Below the pieces are notes generated by a model. It saw nothing but the letters and a program-made list of their open reading frames with translations. It did not search any database and had not been told where the DNA came from. 64,000 nucleotides of DNA from Felis catus (lineage: Eukaryota), in contig NC_058368.1 in the NCBI RefSeq assembly GCF_018350175.1, positions 148,368,001-148,432,000 on the forward strand, read 5' to 3'. Shown here piece after piece: positions 53,364 through 64,000 of the stretch (the first letter of the stretch is position 1; each line of letters starts with the position of its first letter). The translations under genes and the position numbers were made by a program.

Positions 53364-53575
53364 GGGGTGCCTGAGTGGTTCAGTCCATTAAGTGTCTGAC
53401 TTCAACTTAGGTCATGATGTTATGGTTCGTGAGTTCAAGCCCCACATCAAGCTCTCTGCTGTTGGTGCATAGCCCTATTTGTATCCTTTGTTTCCCTCTC
53501 TCTCTGTTCCTTCCCTGCTCATGTGCTTTCTCCATATCTCTCAAAAATAACAAATAAACATTTAAAAATAAATAA
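53364..53575 (+). mobile_element. CanSINE within old L1ME-type fragment (~53215-53870)
   Basis: ggggtgcctgagtggttcagtc head; flanks gaggatagtttggcagtatctatcaa and acaaaggttattatagtagcagc. Confidence 0.92.
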
Positions 53576-53889
53576 ACACACATACATTCCATGGTAACAT
53601 AATTTCAGAAATAGTCTCACTCTCTGCCAAGATATTTGTACAAAGGTTATTATAGTAGCAGCTCTTGTAATTATTATACATAAAAGAATCATAAATTACC
53701 TGAATATCCATCAGAAGCACTATGGTTAAACAAGTTATATGAAACAAATGCTCTAGAATACTAGGAAGACATAAAAGAAAAAAAAAAAACAATACTAAGC
53801 AGCCATTAAAAACATCAATTTGATCTGTGTCCTGATATGGAGAAATCAGTAACATGTTCACTGTTAATTAAATAAAAGTTGTATTAATT

Positions 53890-54110
53890 AATTTTATTTA
53901 ACAAACACGTATAGTGCCTTCTAAGTGTTGCATACTGTTCTAAGTGCTTTACAAATATTAACATTTGTTAGTTTTTCAGTAACAATCTTATGAAGTGGAA
54001 CTGCTATTACTTCTCCATTTTCCAGAGGAGGAAACAGAGGTATGGAGAGTTTAACTGATTTGCACAATGTAACACTACTAGTACACAAGAAAAATTACAT
54101 TTGAATGCAC
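53890..54110 (-). mobile_element. MIR
   Basis: ctgttctaagtgctttacaaatattaac...ccattttccagaggaggaaacagagg. Confidence 0.8.
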
Positions 54111-54780
54111 AGGTCGAAGAGCAATAGGTCATATAGATGCTGGATGATGCCATATAATTGCCTCCTGGATGAAGAAAAGGAGTACATTGTTTTTATAATT
54201 ATAAAGTTCCTTCAAAGAAAACTGTAGAAATGAAAATGGTAAAGCACTTCTTGTTTACATTTTCTAGTCTTAGGATATTTCAAAAGCTTAGTATATAGAT
54301 TTAAATGCCAAGTTTTCTTTGAGAAAACTTAAAATAACAGAACACCACAAAATGTGCCTGAAATAATTTGCCACTATTAGTCTTACTTTTTTTTCCCCTT
54401 TCTGCAGACAGATAGGTTGCATAGTCTCAATAAATTAAAAATAAATCTTTCCAGAAGTTTACATTAAAGTGACTTTTAACAGTTTGCTAACCTTAATCAG
54501 AAATCCAACTACATTGTACCCAGAGATAAATGCCTGCTTAAAGCCCACTCATGTACTAATTCAGATTCCACCTAAGAATTCCATATATAAATTGAAAGGT
54601 AATCATACTTTCACTTCCTTAATTACTTTATCATTTATTTTTCCAATTTTATTGAAGTTTAATTGACAAAATTGTAGTATATTTAAAGTTTACAGCCCAA
54701 TGATTTCATATCATATACTTAGTGAAAAGGATTCTCACAATCAAGTTAGTTAACACATCCATCATCTCACAATTACTCTT

Positions 54781-54788
54781 GTGTGTGC

Positions 54789-54834
<46 letters not shown>
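54781..54834. repeat. (GT)n microsatellite
   Basis: Read directly. Confidence 0.95.
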
Positions 54835-54837
<3 letters not shown>

Positions 54838-55906
54838 AAGTTTAAGATCTACTCTCTCAGCAAATTTCTACTATATGATACAGTATTGTTAATTCTATTC
54901 ACCATGGAACATTAAATCTTCAAATTCTATTCATCTAATAACTAAAAATTTGTACTCTCACCAATTTCTCCCCATTTCACCACCCCTGGTCCCTAACTAC
55001 TACACTTTTTCTCTCTATTTTTATGAGTCTGAATTTTACTTCATTTTTTATGACTCCACAAATAAGTAAGTGACATACATCCATATATTTTAAAAAATTT
55101 TTATGATTCCACATATAAGTGATATATATGTATATCTATAACACATTTTATGTATCCATAACCTTAGATTGTTCCCACACTTGAGATATTGTAAATAATA
55201 CTGCAATAAACATGGGAATACAGATACTTCTTCAAGATAGTTATTCTGTTTCCTTTGGATACATACCCAGAAGTGGTATTGCTGGGTCATATGTTAGTTC
55301 TATTACTAATTTTGTGAGGAAACTCTATATTATTTCCATAATGGCTGTGCCAATTTATATTCCCATCAACAGTGCACAAGGCTTCCTTTTTGTCTACATC
55401 CTTGCCAACATTTATTTTTTGCCTTTTTGACACAGATATCCTAACAGGTATGAGGCAATATCTCATTGTGCTTTTGATTTTCATTCCCCCAATGGTTAGT
55501 GATTGTGAGCAATCTTTTCACATACTTATTGACCATTTGTATGTATTCTTTGGAAAAATGTTGATTTGGGCTCTTCTCCCATTTTTAAATTGAGTTACTT
55601 GTTTTTTGCTATTGAGTTGCACAAGCCCTTTATATATTTGGATATCAATCCCTTATTAGATACATAGCTTGCAAATATTTTCTCTCATTCCATAGGTTAC
55701 TTTTTCATTTTGTTGAAAGGTTCTTTTGTGGTGCAGAGCTTTTAGCTTGATGTAGTCCCACTTGTTTATTTTTGCATTTACTGCCTTTCCTTTTGGTGTC
55801 AAATCCAAAAAAATTGACAAAACAAATGTCAAGAATTTTTCTCCCTATGTTCTTCTCTGGTATTTTTTATGATTTCAAATTGTGCACTTATTTTTTAATC
55901 CATTTT

Positions 55907-55970
55907 TTAAATTTTATTTGTTATTTTTTAAAATTTACATCCAAATTAGTTAGCATACAGTGAAACAATG
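55907..55970 (-). mobile_element. 64-bp carnivore L1 3'-end insertion with 17-bp TSD
   Basis: attttttaatccatttt at 55890-55906 and 55971-55987. Confidence 0.85.
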
Positions 55971-58511
55971 ATTTTTTAATCCATTTTGAGTTGACTTTTC
56001 AGTATAGTCTAAAATAGGAGGTTCAATTTCATTTTTTTTAATGTGGCTGTCCAGCTTTCCCATAACCATTTATTGAAGAAGCTATCCTTTCCCTAACGTG
56101 TATTCTTTGTGTATTTGTGGAAAATCAGTTGACCATAAACCATGGATGTATCTCTGGGCTCTCTGTTCTGTTCTATTTATATATATCTCTGTTTTGATGC
56201 CTATATTATCCTGTTTTGACTAATATAGCTTTGCAATATACTTTAAATAAGGAAGTGTGACGTTTCCTCCACCTCTGCTTTTCTTGCTCAAGCTTGCTTT
56301 AGCTATTTAGGGTCTTTTGTGGTTCCATGGCATTAATTTCATTTTCTATTTCTGTGAAAAAGCATTGGAATTTTGATAGAGATTGCATTGATTCTGTAAA
56401 TTACTTTAGCATGAACATTTTTAAAAATATGAATTATTCTAATCCATGAATACAGGATATCTTTCCATCTATTTGTGTATTCTTCAATTTATTTCATCAA
56501 TGTTTCATACTTTTCAGTGCACAGATGATTTTTGCAGGACAGCTTTGCCAGGTAAGGGATTTTTGGTTGGCAGGATTTTTGTTTGTTTGTGTGTTCATTG
56601 TTGTTGCTACTGTTTTTCTTTCAGTGCTGGAATATATCTTCCCATTCTCTCCTTGTTCCCAAAGCTTCTGCTGAGAAATCTTCTATTAGCCTTTAAGAGT
56701 TCCTTTTTTTCCTCTTGGTACTTTAAAAATTATCCTTTTCTCTTTGATTTTAGACAGGTTTAATTATAATGTGTCTTCCAGAACATTTTTTTGAGATGAA
56801 TCTTTTTGGGAACATATGAGCTTCATGAACCTGTATGCTCAACTCTATCTGCAGATTTGGAAACTTCTGAGCCATTAGTTCTTTAAATAGTCTTTCTTCC
56901 CTCTTTCACCTTCTTTTCTCTTGGTATCCCAATAATTGTTCCACTTGATAGTGCCCCATAATTCAGGTAGGCTTTCTTTACTATTTTTATTCTTTTTTCC
57001 TTGTTCTCTGACTGGATAATTTAAAATGATATGTCTTCAAGTTCACACATTCCTTCTTCTGCTTGATCAAGTATGATATTCATGCTCTTTACTGATTCCC
57101 CACTTCCCACCTCTGCTCCATTTATTTTTCAGCTCCATAATTTGTTTGGTCCTTTTTTTTCTCTATTTCTCTGTTAAACTCACTTTGTTCATGTATTGTT
57201 TTCCTTATTTGTTGAATTGTCTGTATTCTCTTGTAGCTAGCTAAATTTCCTGAAAAGAGTTACTTTGAATTATATCCCAAATGATTTGTAGATATCCATT
57301 TCTCTGGGGTTATTTACTGAAAAAACTATTGTGTACCTGTGGTGGTGTCCCTTTCCCTTTATTTTTCAGATTCCTTCATGACTTGTGTTGTTATCTTTAC
57401 ATTGGAAAAGGCAGTCACCTTCTTCAGTCTTGACTGACTGGTTTCACGCAAGAAAACCTTTTGGTTGGTGCTGCTAGATATTTTGTCTCAGAGGTTTTTT
57501 ATTTGTTTCATTTTGTCTTGTTTTATGGATATGACTGTTCCACACTTGTTCTAACTTGGTGGGTAATTTTTTTGTTTTGTTTTCTTTTGTTAGACTATAT
57601 GACTTTTCTTGATTGTATAAAACAAGGCTGGGTTTGGCAGTCTCCCATTTACCTTGCCCAGGGGAATTCTGAATGCTCAACTTTTGTGCTTTCATTCAAC
57701 CCTGCAGAATTGGACTAGCTTTCTGTGAATGCCCACTAGCTATCTTCAAAGGCTCACATTCACTAATCTTAGGGACAAAGGGAGCCAGGTACAGAATTGG
57801 GAGCATTTGGGTGAGGCATGTGCAATGTTAGATGACCATGTACCGCATGGGGGAAATCCACATGTGCTGTGTCCTCAGTGGTTTGTGGAGAGACCTCCTG
57901 ATAGAGCCTGTGAAGAAGATAGAGGATATGCATCCCTTTGATATGTTCCAAACCCTGGCTGCTATTCTCCTAGTTCCTCCCCACCCCTCAGTCATGCAGC
58001 TCACCTCAGTATTCTGGATGGGATGAAAAAGAAATGAATTTCTTTCACAGCATCACAAACAGCTAGGAAAACTGGGTGCTCACTTGCATGCTCTAATTTT
58101 CCTCTGTGAGTGAAATCACAGGTCAATGGGTATCTCTTGGCACTGAACCGTCATGACTTAGGGGAAGGGTGATGTGTGTAGGTGAGCCTCCCAGGTACCC
58201 TATAAACTTATCTTTACTCTCTTCAGTCTTACTGTCTTCAATGCATCCAATCTTGACTTTTTTTCTTTCCTCTTCAACAATGTGCTAGGATTTCTCTGCT
58301 GAACTCCTGAACTTTCACAAAGGTACTCTTTTCCATGGGTGATTGTCAAAATCACATTTAGGTGGTAATATGGTAGAAAACTCTTATTCCACCACTTTGC
58401 TGATCTCATTTAGCCTTAATTCTGGGTTAATTCTTTGTAGTTAAACGTGAAAATAATTGTTATTTACAATTTATTGAATCATTTAAGAATATATGTTACT
58501 ATTCTTGGAAT

Positions 58512-58695
58512 AAGGGCTGCAAATTTAACAAATAAAAATGCCAAAGTCCAGTTAAATATAAAGATCTGATAAGCAAGAATTAATGTTGTTAATATAAAAA
58601 ACACAGCATGTGGAACATACTTATATTTTAAAAAAGACTTTGTTTATCTGAAAGTTAAATGTAATTGAGTACCTTATTTTTGTGTATAACATCTG
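58512..58695. mobile_element. MER53-like palindromic hAT MITE
   Basis: aaatttaacaaataaaaat...ccagttaaat...gaacatacttata...gtttatctgaaagttaaatgtaattgag. Confidence 0.75.
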
Positions 58696-58759
58696 TGTCT
58701 CTATAAATATACATATCTTTATATTTCCAAAATATATATTTTTTAAATTTCTCCCTCTC

Positions 58760-58957
58760 GGGGTGCCTGGGTCATGCAGTCGCTTACGTGTCTGACTGGC
58801 TCAGGTCATGTCTTGTGGTTCATGGGTTCAAGCCCATGTTGGGCTCTGTGCTGACAGTTCAGAGCCTGGTGCCTGCTTCATGGATTCTGTGTCTCCCTCT
58901 CTTCCCTTCCTCCACTGGTGCTCTCTCTCTCTCTCTCTGTCTCAAAAATAAATAAAT
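58760..58957 (+). mobile_element. CanSINE
   Basis: ggggtgcctggg head, ctcaggtcatg, CT tract, aaaaataaataaa. Confidence 0.93.
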
Positions 58958-59007
58958 CATTTTTATTATTATTATTTTTAGTTTCTCCTTGTATGCATGC
59001 TTAAATG

Positions 59008-59008
59008 T

Positions 59009-59040
<32 letters not shown>

Positions 59041-59070
59041 ACACATATACATATACACATACACAGACAT
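59008..59070. repeat. (CA)n-type microsatellite
   Basis: Read directly. Confidence 0.92.
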
Positions 59071-60564
59071 ATTGGGTTTTGGATTTTTCTGTCTTACCTA
59101 TAATTAAAGAGAGAAGAAATAGCATTTTTACCTAAGGCATGAATTGGTAAGTTAGCTCACTGAAACTTATATTGCAGTTGCCAACCAGAAGATCTGACTT
59201 ATCTTTACATGCAGGAATCAAGTATGCCGCATATCCCAAACTGCTTTTACCCTCCTCTCAAATATTTCAGCTAATTAAAAAGTACACTAAATGTAAGAAG
59301 TCAGAATGAATTCCAAGCTAGAGAGCTGTTCAAGGATGTACTGGTTTGCTGAAAAATACCTTAAATTTCATGAAATCCCTAAGTATGGTCCTATCTAAAT
59401 TATGACCCCAGATAGTATTCTATTGAAGATTTTATAGCCTTCTAAATAGTGAATAATTTCACTAATCTAAATAAAATGTATGTCACTCTTATTCTTAAAA
59501 TCTCACTACTTAAAATCTGAAGGCAATATTCTAAATGACATAGAAATAGAATTTATATAGAATACCAATGAGGTCATTGGTAATTATATATAATTTGTAG
59601 TTTTGCATATATGAGTCAGTAAGAATAATGATAAGTAATATTGGTCCAATATTAAAAACTTATATATTATATTTTATATTTTAGAAAGAGGCAGTTGAGT
59701 CATAGTGTTCTTCAGTGAACAACACAGACACTTACCCTGGGAGCCCTGCTTTCTTGCTCAAGCTCCTTTGCGTGAGCAGCACATTGCCCTTCTATGTCTT
59801 TGGGCCTTCAGAAAACAGGAAAATGTTTGTTCACATGAGTATGGAGTTTTTATTGTTAAAAGTAGCAGTTAACTAATTGTGTTGTATAAGATTATGACCT
59901 TAAATAGAATATTCTAAAACTTTCCTTAGATGTTTTGGTAGACAATTAAGCAAATTTGTGTTGGCTTATGATTAAAATATTTATATAGCAAATTAACTAA
60001 ATTAGTGTTTTTTTTATAAAGTAAAAGTAGGGAAGAACATAACTTGAGTTAAATATTAGATACTTTCCTGAGGTATTATGATGATTAAAATGAACATCTG
60101 GTTATACACAATACAAAACATAAGATTTTCCAGGCTGGAATTGTTGCAGCCATGTTCTAAAGAGTAGAACTTTGGCGCCTCAATGACAGCTCAATATTTC
60201 TACAACAGCCTCAATTCCTTTCTTTTCTTTCTTCTTCCTTTCTTCTTTTCCTTACTTGAGGAAAAAGTTCTTCCTGATAATCAGTGCTGCCTTTCTGGCC
60301 ACCTCAGTTGGTAAGCAATTATGATATTCTATTCAAGAATTTTTTTTAGTGGACTTTGTCATTATTCTAAGCTGTCCACCCTCACTGGGTCTCACCTAAA
60401 TAGCATGAGAGAGTATCTGCATCCCCAATACTGCTAGATAATATCACTTCGAACAGACTCTTCCTATATTCCTAACAGAAGGAGATAAAAAAATGATAAT
60501 ATTCCAGATTACCTATTAACATGTGGTCCACTTAGTCTTCTAGATTCTCTATACTTGTCCTTAT

Positions 60565-60774
60565 CTTTATTTTTCTTTTAATGTTTATTTATTTTTGAAA
60601 GAGAGGGATACAGAATGAGAGCAGAGGAGAGGCAGAGAGAGAGGGAGACACAGAATCCAAAGCAGGCTCCAGGCTCTGAGCTGTCTGCAGAGAGCCCGAT
60701 GTGGGGCTCAAACTCACAAAGATCATGACCTGAGCCGAAGTCAGACCTTAAATGACTGAGCCTCCCAGGCACCC
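60565..60774 (-). mobile_element. CanSINE
   Basis: Antisense full-length copy, head cccaggcaccc. Confidence 0.94.
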
Positions 60775-60847
60775 TAAAAACTTGTCTTAATATAGATCAT
60801 CATGTGTACTCTCCTTTTGTACATTGCTTTGAGCCCTGCTTTAATTG

Positions 60848-61058
60848 TTTTTTTTTAAATTTTATTTTTATGTATTTTTGAGAGAGACAGAACATGAGTG
60901 GGGGAGAAACAGAGAGAGAGGGAGAGACAGAATCTGAAGCAGGCTCCAGGCTCTGGGCTGTGAGCACACAGCCTGAAGTGGGACTGGAACTCAGAGATGG
61001 CAACATCATGACCTGACCTGAAGCTGCCTGCTTAACCGACTGAGCCACCCAGGTGCCT
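60848..61058 (-). mobile_element. CanSINE
   Basis: Antisense full-length copy, head gccacccaggtgcctc. Confidence 0.94.
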
Positions 61059-63383
61059 CAATATTGCTTTTATTGAACCACTCTTTAATATTTTCTCAGC
61101 ACTCTATAATAAAGGATGTTCTAAGAATCAATACTTTGAAACATGTTAGATCTGTTGTGATTGAGGACAGTATCCATATGCCAAAAGTAAATATGTTCTG
61201 TGTGTGTGAGTGTTACCTCCAGGGGTAGAATTTCTGAGCCATTGTTCTGATTTCTTATCTTCTGAATGCCATAAATCAAATAAATTTATTTTTTCACTAT
61301 TTACATTGACTCTTAAATTTAATAGGTTCTATGCTTAGATCCTATATATTTACTTATTATTTTGTATATATTCATAGTCACTGAAAGACAAAGTGAAGAA
61401 AGGGTTTTTTTGTGTTTTTTCTTTACATAGACTTTGTAAAAAACCCATTTTGTTGGTAAAATACAGAGTAAGTTACTTTTCACCAAAGGGTGTCTAATGT
61501 GCCAGTGCTTGTCAGTATTCTTCACCCAGAGGAACTCCAATATTACAGACCAAGACAAGAAAGAGGAGTCCATTGTTTTCTAATAGCAGTGGTCCTTATT
61601 TAACCCTGCTATCAAACTGGTGGGTATTCCTCATAGTTTTGTGATTATATCTCAGGCCAGCAGTTGTCAGGCTATATTTTTCCCCCATTAATGCTTTACC
61701 AACTAGTAGACATTCACCACAATAATGTAGATTCCAATTCATTCACAGAGATTTCTTTTTTCTTGGTGAATTTCAGGAAAGTAAAAATACATAAAATTAC
61801 AATTAACAATTTCTAAAATAGTTATCCAGAAAGCATAGAAAATATTTTTGAGTAAAACCTAGTTTTACTAAAACCTAGTTTTACTAGAAGAATATAATTA
61901 TATTTATATAATGAGGCCAGATGCACTGGTATTTAAAACCTCCAACCCAGCAGAAGTCACATGAATTCTATACACAAACTTGTCCATTTAAGAAAAGGAA
62001 TGTCATAAGCTTCTCAAAAAATGATGTTAAAATAATTGAAATTGTGAATAAACATAAGCTACTTGACTTTTTTAAATTAGAAATATAATTTTAAAATAAC
62101 TAACAACTTTTTACATTTTCCAAACTTGGATATTCCTGGTGGATAAAAATTATGTGATAGATACTTTCATGAGGATGGTAGAATTGTCTTCACATTAGTG
62201 AAAAATGGGAAAACATAACCACTGCGTTGGTTAGTCTTATATAAAATTAAAATTAAACTCTCTCTATTGCATATATTGCATTCTTCTTTGAGATTGCTTA
62301 TAAACAGTATGATAATGTATTAAAATGAAGTGATATAATATGCGAAATGGTTGTGACAAAGAAACGAAGTCTATTTCCAATTAAACATAAGTACCCCTAC
62401 AATCCCTTCAAAGATGTATGTTTGTCTTAACGATAAAGTGCAGATGTTACTTTTCTGTAGAAGATGAGATTGAAAATTGTCACTATTTCTAATGCTGTTT
62501 TCTCCATTCCTGATTATATTTTAAGAACTATAGTGTCTCTACAAAACCGCACAATTCAAAGTGATTTTCTTTTCTTTTATATTCTACTACTGAATATCTG
62601 AGGAAATTAAGAGTAATATCCAGAATGCAAGGAGCACTATTACATATAGAAAACAGCATAATAACTATGGGGAGCTACTGAGGAAATTAGCTAAAGCATG
62701 GACATAGATTAGAAATAACCTTGTTGCCTCATCTGTAATGCTAATTTTTAATGTATTTCATTTGGCTAAATGATTGTTTCACCACAAACATAAAACCCCA
62801 ATAAATGTATGAAACAGTAGCTGATGTTAATTTTACATTGTTTGTAGCTCTTTAAATTATGCATCAGAATAATTTAAAAATTTTGAGATTGGTACCAGTG
62901 TCTGAATTAGAGATAGTAACTACTAGCCCTTAGTTAAATATACATATGTTATGTGATATGCTTTCTCTACTTTTCTCTTCTCCTGGGATTTTGCTGTTTC
63001 CCCTTTATTTCTTGTCCATACATCCTTAAAACCTGTCTGAATCCCAATTTGTTAACGTCATTGGGTATGATTTAGCATGAGAAAAAGTTAATTTTTCTCT
63101 TCATTTTTTTGAATTAAAATTATTTACTTCAGAATTAACATGTTTGTCCCAAACGACTTAAAGATTCACAGTACTTTTGTAAAATATTTTTATAATATAT
63201 ATATTTTTAATATTTTGTTCCACAAAATTTTTTAAATAATTGAGATCCACTACATTCATAGTCATTGCATATTTTTAAGTTGCCCCCCCATCTGCTGAAC
63301 ATCTTAAAATGGATATTATTCAGACAAACAAACCTACTTCTTCCATAAACTTGCTTCTTATCTGTAACCTGCCTATTCTAATA

Positions 63384-63603
63384 TTTTTATTAAAAAAATT
63401 AATGTTTATTTACTTTTGAAAGAGAGACAGAGACAGAGAACAAACAGGGGAGGGGTGGAGAAAGAGAGGGAGACACAAAATCAGAAGCAGGTTCCAGGCT
63501 CTGAGCTGTCAGCACAAAGCCCAATGCAGGGATTGAACTCAGGAACCTTGAGATCATGACCTGAGCCAAAGACAGAGACTTAGCTGACTGAGTAATCCAA
63601 GCT
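63384..63603 (-). mobile_element. CanSINE
   Basis: gcaggttccaggctctgagctgtcagcac...gagatcatgacctgagcc. Confidence 0.93.
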
Positions 63604-63618
63604 ATGCTTAAAAAAATT

Positions 63619-63636
63619 GTTTTTAAGTGTATTTAT

Positions 63637-63689
<53 letters not shown>

Positions 63690-63850
63690 ATGAGCTGGGG
63701 AGAGGCAGAAAGAGAGAGAGGAGAGGGAGAATCCCAAGCAGGCTCCTCACTGTCAGCACAGAGTTCGATGCTGGGCTCAAACTCATGAGCTGTGAAATCA
63801 TGACTTGAGCCAAAATCAGGAGGCTTAACCAACTGAGACACCCAGGAGAC
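63619..63850 (-). mobile_element. CanSINE with long (GA)n, tandem to previous copy
   Basis: aatcccaagcaggctcctcactgtcagcac...aactgagacacccagg. Confidence 0.93.
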
Positions 63851-64000
63851 CAACTTATTCTAATTTTAATATTGGTGTTTGTTAGGAGGAGACTTTTAAC
63901 CTCAGAGTGACTTTCAAAGAAATTTAACTTAAAAAAATTAAAATATCAACAAACACATGAAAACACACCCTTGGAAAAGTAGGCATGTGTTCTTATTCAC

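Larger units (their letters stand above)
54635..58410 (-). mobile_element. L1MA-like LINE with both ends and a large internal deletion
   Basis: 3'UTR/ORF2 end 54635-56525, jump to ORF1-like text (acagctttgccagg...ttggttggcagg) at ~56526, 5' end antisense to gagatcagcaaagtggtggaataagag at 58381-58407. Confidence 0.8.

Noticed and set aside
60215..60316. Possible plus-strand exon (long pyrimidine tract, gag acceptor, TTG|GTAAGC donor)
   Set aside because: Weak GAG acceptor, only ~50 nt, and the tract is a low-complexity CTT repeat; insufficient support
1..64000. CRISPR arrays, operons, rRNA genes, numts, CpG-island promoter
   Set aside because: None seen; recurring ~200-bp repeats are dispersed SINEs, and dense CpG is confined to young SINEs

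Overview
This is AT-rich, CpG-depleted mammalian non-coding DNA, almost certainly from a felid (cat-like) genome. It carries about 37 tRNA-derived carnivore SINEs (CanSINE/SINEC_Fc type), five of them very young with perfect target-site duplications (TSDs). It also holds carnivore and older L1 fragments, L2/MIR relics, MaLR (MLT1) and ERV LTRs, hAT DNA-transposon fossils (MER58, MER20, MER53) and many microsatellites. I find no recognisable protein-coding gene; the ORFs I examined are SINE, L1 or microsatellite read-through or look like chance ORFs, so the window is intronic or intergenic. I see no evidence of a novel biological system. The most notable items are: a SINE-L1 chimera with an L1 inversion (21701-22356), an ERV-L reverse-transcriptase fossil with an intact YIDD motif lying antisense to an adjacent LTR16-like LTR (45429-45789), a diverged 57-bp direct repeat 4350 bp apart, a candidate 70-nt minus-strand exon (59736-59805), a GATA/forkhead motif cluster, and a ~590-bp almost pure A/T tract. 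Repeat family names come from recognising consensus motifs from memory, not from a database search, and boundaries of old elements are approximate.
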